From: Thermodesulfobacteriota bacterium
GTDB taxonomy: Bacteria; Desulfobacterota; Desulfobulbia; Desulfobulbales; SURF-16
NCBI GenBank assembly: GCA_040755455.1
Contig: JBFMAY010000035.1
Span: 1 to 45,945 of the forward strand
Reading direction: 5' to 3'
DNA: 45,945 nucleotides
In this document: positions 16,161 to 23,655 of the stretch, in pieces
Position numbering within the stretch: position 1 is the stretch's first letter
Layout: every line of letters starts with the position of its first letter
Notes under the pieces: model-generated
What the model was told of the DNA's origin: nothing
The model's input: only the letters and a program-made list of their open reading frames with translations
Database searches by the model: none
Program-made: the position numbers and the translations under genes

Positions 16161-17131
16161 CAGCAATAGATTTGCGCCATTTTTTTGATTTCTTCCCGCA
16201 CCAGCACCCGCAGGGCCGGCGGGGCCACGACCCGCACCTCGGCCCCGTGGCTCAAAATTTTTTTCACCAGTTCACGGAAATCAGCCACGGAGAACTGCAG
16301 CAGCAGGCTGCCGTCCGCCTCCCGCGTTGTTTTCTGCTCCGGGTGCCAGACCTGCTCGCCCACCCAGGAAGCGGCTTGCGGGGAGAAATGGAGCATTACC
16401 TCAACCGGATCTGTGCCCTGCATGATGCCGAAATGGCGGCGGGAATATTCCTTGAGGGAGGGCAGGCCGGCAGGCAGGTTAATCCGCTGCGGGGACGGGG
16501 CAATGGCCTTGATGCGCGACAGGGCAAAGTCCCTGATACCACCGCTTGCGGCGCACCAGGCAAGCAGATGCCAGCTGCCCATGTAGTGTATTAGATGCAG
16601 GGGCCGGATGTTGCGGGTGGAGGTTTTAGCAGTATGGGGCGAATGGTAGGTGATGCGCAGGGGCGAGTCATCGAACAGGGCCTGGACCGTCTGGCGGAAA
16701 CACCAGTCATCCACCCTGGCGTATTCGATGTTCTTGACCGAGATCCGGTCGTCCACCTGCTCAAGGCAGGATTCTTTCCTGTTGCCGGTGGCGCCGAGCA
16801 CCCGGTCGATCAGCTGGCACAGATCGTCCTTGAGGGCCTGATCGGGGATGGCCGAGGCCAGGCGGACGGCCAGGGCAAGGGCCAGGATATTGGTCTCGCT
16901 GAACCAGTGGCCCGGCAGTTCAAAGGAATCATCCGTGTAGCAATAACCGCGCCGGCGGCGGTCAAATTCCAGCGGCGCACCCAGGCGATCACGCATGAAA
17001 TCGATGTCCCGCTGGGCGGTGCGGGGCGACAACTCAAACTCCTCGGCCAGCCGCACGGCATTGGGATAGCGGCCGGCCTTGATGCGGCCATGGAACCAGT
17101 AAAACCGTTCGTATTTCAGCCGGTCGGACAT
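16160..17131 (-). CDS. WYL-domain transcriptional regulator (HTH-WYL-WCX; PafBC/DriD-like)
   Basis: wHTH LAEEFELSPRTAQRDIDFMRD; WYL LRITYHS...RNIRPLHL...WHLLAWC...RDFALSRI; WCX EQVWHPEQ...ILSHGAEVRVVAPPALR. Confidence 0.94.
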   Translation of the reverse strand: MSDRLKYERFYWFHGRIKAGRYPNAVRLAEEFELSPRTAQRDIDFMRDRLGAPLEFDRRRRGYCYTDDSFELPGHWFSETNILALALAVRLASAIPDQALKDDLCQLIDRVLGATGNRKESCLEQVDDRISVKNIEYARVDDWCFRQTVQALFDDSPLRITYHSPHTAKTSTRNIRPLHLIHYMGSWHLLAWCAASGGIRDFALSRIKAIAPSPQRINLPAGLPSLKEYSRRHFGIMQGTDPVEVMLHFSPQAASWVGEQVWHPEQKTTREADGSLLLQFSVADFRELVKKILSHGAEVRVVAPPALRVLVREEIKKMAQIYC

Positions 17132-17353
17132 TTATCCCCCATGCGCCACCTCTACCGGACAATATCAGGTTTTTACGCCGCGAGATGCCGGATCTGCCCC
17201 CGGCAGCGGAACACACAGGAGGAAATACTACTCCATATCCTTGTTGCGCACCATAAAAAGTTATAAAGATTATGAGGTTAGGATGGGGGGAGAGGAATCT
17301 GGGAAAATCCATGGATTCCGGGTCGCGCTTCGCTTGCCCAAAATGACCATGTT

Positions 17354-17376
17354 TGCTTAAGCGTTGAAACGCTCAG
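17354..17376. repeat. Short 8-bp repeat cluster 7
   Basis: tgcttaag cgttgaaa cgctcag (three units only). Confidence 0.5.
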
Positions 17377-17427
17377 GAGAACGGCAGGCCCCCGGCCAGG
17401 GTGAAACCTGCCGGATAACACCCAGGT

Positions 17428-17964
17428 TTACAGCCAGAATTCCGGGTACTTCCTGGTTTTGGGGATATTGTTGACAATGAGGGCGACCACAAGCATCACG
17501 CCTGCTCCCAGGGCGGCCGGCATGACGACATAAAGATAGCCGAGTTTGTGCACGCTCTCCCCGCCGATCACGGCGATGAGCGCCGTAGCGCCCCCCGGCG
17601 GGTGAAGGGTGCTGGTGAGATGCATCAGGGCAATCGAGGTGGAAACAGCTGCCGCGGCCGCCAGCCAGGGCTCTCCGCCGAGCAACCGGAAGGCGGTCAC
17701 GCCGACGAAGGCGGAGAGGATATGACCGCCGAGCAGGTTGCGCGGCTGGGCCAGGGGGCTGCGAATGGCTCCATAGATGAGAACGGCTGAGGCGCCGAAC
17801 GAGCCGATGAGCATGAGCAGCCCGTTTTGGTCCACGAGCTTGTAATGGAGCAGAGCGACAGCGGCTATACCGATGAAACTGCCGATCCAGGACCAGCAGA
17901 CCTCGGCAATGCTTACCCGTGGCGGGCTCTGGCCATTGCCTCTCATTTTTTGCAGGAATATCAT
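17428..17964 (-). CDS. HPP-family membrane protein
   Basis: GSFGASAVL, SPLAQPRNLLGGH, LHPPGGATAL. Confidence 0.93.
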   Translation of the reverse strand: MIFLQKMRGNGQSPPRVSIAEVCWSWIGSFIGIAAVALLHYKLVDQNGLLMLIGSFGASAVLIYGAIRSPLAQPRNLLGGHILSAFVGVTAFRLLGGEPWLAAAAAVSTSIALMHLTSTLHPPGGATALIAVIGGESVHKLGYLYVVMPAALGAGVMLVVALIVNNIPKTRKYPEFWL

Positions 17965-17976
17965 AGCAGTCGGCCT

Positions 17977-18582
17977 CTAGCGGGTTGCATGGTAAGATCG
18001 AACGAGATCAGTGCGGGTAACGATGCCGGCAAGTCTTCCATCTGCATCAACAATCGGCAGACGATTGATCTGCCGGTCGATGAACAAGGCCGAAATCGCT
18101 CCGATGGTGATCCCGGTTTCGGCGGTTACCGCCGGCGTGGTCATGATATCCCGGATGCAATGATTACGCAGGGTCGTCACCATGCACCCCTTGTTATTCA
18201 AACACCGGGCGATGATCTGCATGAAGGATACGGATTTGCCGAGCCCCATCCTGGCGAGAAAATCCTTTTCCGACACCATGCCGGCAATCCGGCCTTCGCC
18301 ATCCACCACCGGAGCCCCGGAAATCCGCTTGTCCGCCATGAAAGCAGCGGCTTGCATCGGATTCATCTCCAGCCCGATGCAGTGCACCGGCCTGGTCATG
18401 ATATCCTTGGCGGTCAAGGAGTTTTTTATCCGCTGCACGGCGTGCCGAAAGGCCACCTGGAAGACTTCCTTGAAGTCACCGGGACTGATATCGATATACC
18501 CCTGGATATCCTTCATTGCCGCCAGGATATCCGGCTCAACAATTTCTATTGCGCCGTAGTCTCTGTCCGTTGTTTCATGCAT
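17977..18582 (-). CDS. CBS-domain protein
   Basis: GYIDISPGDF N-terminus plus a CBS pair (AKDIMTRPV, ISGAPVVD, IRDIMTTP, INRLPIVD); GGAG RBS before ATG 18582. Confidence 0.9.
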   Translation of the reverse strand: MHETTDRDYGAIEIVEPDILAAMKDIQGYIDISPGDFKEVFQVAFRHAVQRIKNSLTAKDIMTRPVHCIGLEMNPMQAAAFMADKRISGAPVVDGEGRIAGMVSEKDFLARMGLGKSVSFMQIIARCLNNKGCMVTTLRNHCIRDIMTTPAVTAETGITIGAISALFIDRQINRLPIVDADGRLAGIVTRTDLVRSYHATR

Positions 18583-18632
18583 TGTCGCCACTCCAGGTCA
18601 GTTGTTTCACCACAGCGCGCACGTATATCGCC

Positions 18633-18654
18633 GGGGCGGTTCGCGAACCGCCCC
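18633..18654. repeat. REP-like extragenic palindrome
   Basis: Perfect 22-bp palindrome GGGGCGGTTCGCGAACCGCCCC; related copy at 33710-33753. Confidence 0.75.
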
Positions 18655-18694
18655 TTGTACCGGGTTCTGTGCCTGTGGTTGATGTTACGTTTTT

Positions 18695-19987
18695 CTATTT
18701 CCCCGCAGCGTGAGTGGCCCGCATGGTTTTCGCCAGCTCCTTGATTTCACCGAGGTCCTTGGTCATCTCGTTCCAGCCATACCAGTAGGCATAATCGGGG
18801 TTGACGTGGAAAAAGGCCTGGTAGGCCCGCATGCGGTGCTTCATGTACATCTGCACCAACACCTGGTCGATGTAGGAAAGGCCGTCGAGATTCTCGTTCC
18901 AGCTGGCGCCGTTGGTATGCATAAAGGTAAGCAGGAACGGATAGTTATGTGGATAGCCTTCCGGTTTCTTGATGATGCCTTCTTTATAGAGGGCGGCAAC
19001 GGTCTCGATGGCGTCGGCCATCAACCGGTCGGCTTTCTGCAGAATGGCATCACCCATTCCCAACTGCTCACGGGCATACTGTTCCGAATGGCACTCGGAG
19101 CAGACAGCGATCATCTTGTCGCGTTCCTTTTGCCACGACTCCTGGTCGAGTTTCGCCATCTTCACCGCCTTGACCGCATCGAAAACCGGGGTGGGCTCCC
19201 CAGTCTCGGGATTAAGTACCCCAAGGGCCTTGAGGATGGTGACCCGGTCCGCCGCCGCCTGTTTGTCCTCGGGCAGCGGCAATCTCACGCCGAGGAAGCC
19301 CCAGGCGGTATGGTTGGCATGGTTGCCGTCCGGCATGTGGCAATGCTGGCAGGTAGGCGCCACGGCGCCTGCAGGCAGCGAACCCTCCACCTTGGCGAAA
19401 TAGCGCTCGCCGTGCTTGGCGCTTGACCACATCTCCCACTGGGGATGGTCATACCCCATATGGCATTGCTGGCAGGCCCGCGGGTTCTGGGCCTCTTTCT
19501 TGGAGAAGCTGTGGCGGGTGTGGCATTCATCGCAGGAATTATTCTGATACCGGTAGCCTTTTTCCCGCAGCTCCTTCTTCTGCTCTTCGCTCTTGATGCC
19601 CATGTTGTGGCAGCCGCCGCAGCCGCGGCCGCCCTCGATCAGCTCATCCGGGGCCATATGGGTGGCGGGAAGAGCGTTGAGCGACGTCCAGCCGAAGTTG
19701 TGTTTGCCGTCGGCAAACTGCGCAAATTGCTGCTCATGGCATTCGGCGCACACCTTCTCGTCCGGCAGCTGGGCAAGCTTGTAGTCCTCGGCGGTCTTGT
19801 GCTGATCGCCATGACAGGTTCTGCAGGTCACCTCACCGCTCTCGGCATGTTTACTCACATTAAAGTCTGCGACCTGGCCGGGGGAGATCTTGCTATGACA
19901 GTCGATACATTCATCAGCCGCGCTCAGTCCCGGCAGTGACAGCATCCCGAGCGCCATTGCCGTAAACAGAAGTTTCCCTTTCATCAT
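18695..19987 (-). CDS. Octaheme cytochrome c, hydroxylamine oxidoreductase (HAO)-like family
   Basis: Signal peptide and eight CxxCH motifs (CIDCH, CRTCH, CAECH, CGGCH, CDECH, CQQCH, CQHCH, CSECH); CHTRHSFS, CHMGYDHPQWEMW...KHG, FHVNPDY; AGGAGG RBS. Confidence 0.88.
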   Translation of the reverse strand: MMKGKLLFTAMALGMLSLPGLSAADECIDCHSKISPGQVADFNVSKHAESGEVTCRTCHGDQHKTAEDYKLAQLPDEKVCAECHEQQFAQFADGKHNFGWTSLNALPATHMAPDELIEGGRGCGGCHNMGIKSEEQKKELREKGYRYQNNSCDECHTRHSFSKKEAQNPRACQQCHMGYDHPQWEMWSSAKHGERYFAKVEGSLPAGAVAPTCQHCHMPDGNHANHTAWGFLGVRLPLPEDKQAAADRVTILKALGVLNPETGEPTPVFDAVKAVKMAKLDQESWQKERDKMIAVCSECHSEQYAREQLGMGDAILQKADRLMADAIETVAALYKEGIIKKPEGYPHNYPFLLTFMHTNGASWNENLDGLSYIDQVLVQMYMKHRMRAYQAFFHVNPDYAYWYGWNEMTKDLGEIKELAKTMRATHAAGK

Positions 19988-20062
19988 TTTCCTCCTTTGT
20001 TTTTTGGTTCTCCTCACAAATAACTCCCAACAACAACCCTACAGAAAGATATCCGCCCGGTC

Positions 20063-20078
20063 TTTGACTTAAGTCAAA
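20063..20078. promoter_or_regulatory. CRP/FNR-family (HcpR-like) binding site
   Basis: Perfect palindrome TTTGACTTAAGTCAAA (TTGAC-N4-GTCAA), 76-91 bp upstream of the octaheme gene. Confidence 0.68.
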
Positions 20079-20193
20079 AAACAGCCCGGAAATTGGCAGT
20101 TAGGAGCCGTGACGAAACAACTTACACCATTCTGACCGTTCCTTTCCGGCTCCTTATGCCGTTTTGGTTTTCAGAATGGCCATGTTATTTTTT

Positions 20194-22038
20194 TTACAAC
20201 GGCTTATCAGACGAATTATGAATGCCTACAGCGGACGAGGCCAGGGGCAACAGAATAATGAAGCGGGTCATGCCCTCTTTTGCCTCAATTTCGATGTTGC
20301 CGTGGTTGGTGTGGACAAATCGGTTGATGATGTTCAGCCCGCGGCCCCTGACCGCGCCCCGCCGCATCTTTTCCAGCCGCTCGGCCGGAATCTCGCCGGA
20401 GTTTTCAATGACTAGCCTGGCCATGCCGTTCTTGCGGCCGGTGGACATCGCCACCCGGCCATTGCTCTGCTCGGCCACGGCGCGCACAGCGTTGCCCAGC
20501 AGATTATCCACCACCCGCTCCAGACCGAAACGGGAACAGGAGACCAGAAGATCCGCTGCCAGTTCGGGCTTCAGCAGCGTGACCCTGGGGAGTTTCGATT
20601 CGTGCACCACCTCCTCGATGATGCTGTATCGCACCGAGGCGATGGCGGACAGATCGACGATGGTCTCCCGGCCCTCGCCGGTCATGGCCTGGGCCAGATC
20701 CTGCATGCGGGCGGCCTCGGAGGCCATGATATCAAGATAGCTTTGCAACTTGTTGCGAACCGAGTTAAGATCGTCATTTTCCAGCAGCTTGCGGGCCCGG
20801 TTGGCGAACCCGGCCACGGCAATGGCCGGGTTCTTGATGTCGTGCAGGATGTCCCCGAAAAACTCGAGCCTGGAGGCCTTCATGATCTCCTTGCCGAAAA
20901 AGGTGAGCAGTTCGATTTCCTCATCCGAGAAAAAATGTTTCTGTTTAGTGGCGTTGAATGACAGGAGATGACGCACCTTGCCGTCAACACTGAGCGGCAC
21001 CAGCAGAATAGAGTGGATATGATGGGCGGCGGTGAATTCCCGCAACTGTCTGCTCATCAGAGAACTGCAGGCCGGGTCCTTGATCAGCAGGTAGGACTGG
21101 GTTATCCTCTCATGCTCCGTGTCGCATTTCTGTTTTGTCCAGTTGATGGCCGCCTGGAAATAGGGATGGTGCGCCACGGTAAAACTATGGCCGGCGTCAT
21201 GATAACAGCCGTCCTGGGGATAAGCCGCCTCAAGATTAATGAACTGCTGGTCCTCGGAAACGGTGAAGAGCGAACAGCTCTGCACTTCAATCATCTCTTT
21301 GAGTTCCGGAATCAGCAGGACAAAAAGATCCTTCAGCTTGATGCCTTCCCGCCGGCTCAGCTTGATGAATATCTTGTTGAAGATAGTCTCCTTGCGGCGG
21401 TTCAGCTCCTCCAGGTCAAGAATCTTCTTTTTGGCCAGGACAAAGCTGATGCGGCGGGAGAGCAGCTCGGCGTGAATCATCTCCAGCCGGTCAAAGTGCC
21501 GGTCATCCTCCTTGTAATAGATCTGCAGGGAGCCGAGCAGATCGTTGCCTGAAGAGGCGGACAGGGGCATGACCAGGGGAACGGCAAGCAGGGAATTAAA
21601 GCCCCAGGACCTGACGACATCCTTGTTCTGGTAAAGAGGGTCCTTGAGGATGCTGGGCACGGCTACGCAGCGCTGCTCCTGCACCACTGTGCCGGAAATG
21701 GTATTTTTCACCGGGATGGTGGACAGCCGGTCATAATCGGACACACCGTATGCGCCGAAAGAGGTGAGCCGCAGGGAGTCGGGATCAAAGATACGGATGG
21801 TGGCCGCATCGGCAGCAAGATTATGCACGATGCGCTCGGCCGCAACCTCAAGAATTTCCTTAAAGGAAAGACTCGGGTCGATGGACATGATTTCCTCAAT
21901 TTCCTGAATAATGGTGGACAGAAACCAGGACTGATACTCCGATTCAACGGTGTTGATCAACTCCTGCAACTGGCTTTCGCTCAAATTGCCTTTCTGAAGA
22001 AGATGCTGACTGAAAAAATCTTCCAGTTTTCTTTCCAT
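20194..22038 (-). CDS. GAF-domain sensor histidine kinase
   Basis: Two GAF-like regions (SLLAVPL, SILLVPL), H-box ILHDIKNP, N-box VVDNLLGNAVRA, degenerate G boxes. Confidence 0.85.
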   Translation of the reverse strand: MERKLEDFFSQHLLQKGNLSESQLQELINTVESEYQSWFLSTIIQEIEEIMSIDPSLSFKEILEVAAERIVHNLAADAATIRIFDPDSLRLTSFGAYGVSDYDRLSTIPVKNTISGTVVQEQRCVAVPSILKDPLYQNKDVVRSWGFNSLLAVPLVMPLSASSGNDLLGSLQIYYKEDDRHFDRLEMIHAELLSRRISFVLAKKKILDLEELNRRKETIFNKIFIKLSRREGIKLKDLFVLLIPELKEMIEVQSCSLFTVSEDQQFINLEAAYPQDGCYHDAGHSFTVAHHPYFQAAINWTKQKCDTEHERITQSYLLIKDPACSSLMSRQLREFTAAHHIHSILLVPLSVDGKVRHLLSFNATKQKHFFSDEEIELLTFFGKEIMKASRLEFFGDILHDIKNPAIAVAGFANRARKLLENDDLNSVRNKLQSYLDIMASEAARMQDLAQAMTGEGRETIVDLSAIASVRYSIIEEVVHESKLPRVTLLKPELAADLLVSCSRFGLERVVDNLLGNAVRAVAEQSNGRVAMSTGRKNGMARLVIENSGEIPAERLEKMRRGAVRGRGLNIINRFVHTNHGNIEIEAKEGMTRFIILLPLASSAVGIHNSSDKPL

Positions 22039-22290
22039 GCCCGCCTCCTGTATTCAGACACCCTGAGAAAATAGCCATCTGTCTCCTAACGGGAAATTGC
22101 TCTCTAACATCTTAACCAAACTATCAGTATTTTTACAGTGTTTACTGTATGATATTTGTATTATTTTGCATTATTCTCCAAGAAACCATCCTTCCGGAAT
22201 ATGACAGAAACCCGGCATCCCTGTTTTCACTTGCCCGGCCCGGCCTCTCTGTCTCTTGACTCCGGCTGCCGCCGGGGATAGAGTGTGACC

Positions 22291-23655
22291 ATGACCAGAC
22301 TGACCCTTACCGTTGCGCATAACTGCACGCTTGCCGGCGCCCCGCCGGAACTGACCGCTGTTCTGAAGAAAAAACTCACCCTGGTGAATCCCAAATACCG
22401 CGACGCGGTAAGATATGCCCGCTGGATCGGCAAGAACCTCAAGAAGGAACTGCATTTCTATACCCTGGCTGGCCCGGATATCCTCTTTCCCAGGGGCTTC
22501 GGCAACCAGGCGGTGCTGCTCTGCCGGAACATGGGCTTTGAGGTGGATATCATCGATCACCGGCGGCAGCTCGATCCGGTTGAGCTTGCCTTCAGCGGCA
22601 ACCTGCGCCCTTATCAGGACAAGGCCTGCCGCGCCATGCTGTCCCGGGAGTTCGGCGTGCTTGAGGCGGCCACCGGCAGCGGCAAGACCGTCATGGCGGC
22701 CGCCATGATCGCCGGCCGCCGGCAGCCGGCCCTGATCCTGATCCACACCAAGGAGCTGCTTTACCAGTGGCAGGAACGCATCCGCAGCTTTCTCGGGCTG
22801 GAACCGGCGCTGATCGGCGACGGCGCATTCGCCGTGCATGACGTCACCGTGGGCCTCATCAACACGGTGAAAAAGCATCTGCATGAGCTGCCGGCCCGTT
22901 TCGGCCACATTATCGTCGATGAATGCCACCGCACCCCGAGTTCCATGTTCACCGACATCATCAAGGAATTCGACTGCCGCTACATGCTGGGCCTGACCGC
23001 CACCCCCATGCGCCGGGACGGGCTGACCGAACTGATCCACTGGTATATCGGCGACATGGTCCACCGGGTTGCCCAAAAAGATCTCGACCGGCACGGCGCC
23101 GTGTTAAAGCCCCGCATCATCTCCCGCCCCACCTCCTTCACCTTCAACTACCGGAGAAACTACCAGGATCTGATGTCCGCCCTGACCGCCAATGCCGGGC
23201 GCAATGAACTTATCGTGGCCGATATATGCGACGAGGTGAAAAACGATGCGGGCACGATTCTGGTGGTCTCCGACCGGGTGTCACACTGCGAGACCATCTG
23301 CGGCATGCTCACGGAGCGGGGGCTGCAGCCCCTGCTGCTCACCGGCCGGGTGGCGGGGGAGGAGCGCGGCGACATCGTCCGCCGGGTGCAGCAGGGCGAG
23401 GTGCGGGTGCTGGTGGCCACCATCCAGCTCATCGGCGAGGGTTTCGACTGTCCGGGGCTGACCAGTCTCTTTCTCTGCACGCCGATCAAGTTCGAGGGCC
23501 GGCTCACCCAGGTGATCGGCCGCATCCTGCGTCCCGCCCTGGGCAAGGAGCCCAGGGTCTACGATTATGTTGACCCGGTTGGGGTGCTCAAGGCCTCGGC
23601 CAGGGCCCGCCGGCAGATCTACGAATTGACCCTTTGCGCCGGCGACCAGCTGTGA
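22291..23655 (+). CDS. Superfamily 2 DEAD/DEAH-box helicase (ResIII/XPB-like)
   Basis: LRPYQ, AATGSGKT, IVDECH, GLTATPMRRDG, IGEGFDCP, QVIGRILR. Confidence 0.92.
   Translation: MTRLTLTVAHNCTLAGAPPELTAVLKKKLTLVNPKYRDAVRYARWIGKNLKKELHFYTLAGPDILFPRGFGNQAVLLCRNMGFEVDIIDHRRQLDPVELAFSGNLRPYQDKACRAMLSREFGVLEAATGSGKTVMAAAMIAGRRQPALILIHTKELLYQWQERIRSFLGLEPALIGDGAFAVHDVTVGLINTVKKHLHELPARFGHIIVDECHRTPSSMFTDIIKEFDCRYMLGLTATPMRRDGLTELIHWYIGDMVHRVAQKDLDRHGAVLKPRIISRPTSFTFNYRRNYQDLMSALTANAGRNELIVADICDEVKNDAGTILVVSDRVSHCETICGMLTERGLQPLLLTGRVAGEERGDIVRRVQQGEVRVLVATIQLIGEGFDCPGLTSLFLCTPIKFEGRLTQVIGRILRPALGKEPRVYDYVDPVGVLKASARARRQIYELTLCAGDQL

Noticed and set aside
17309..17347. TGGATTCCGGG...CCCAAAATGAC, resembling half of a GTCATTCC-type REP/MITE
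   Set aside because: Single degenerate half-copy with no partner in the window.
20102..20154. 8-bp inverted repeat AGGAGCCG/CGGCTCCT as a MITE
   Set aside because: Too short, single copy and no target-site duplication evident.
22198..22235. TATGACA upstream of the SF2 helicase as another copy of the shared motif
   Set aside because: Only the first half-site matches; no TGnCnG or TGnTA at the required spacing.
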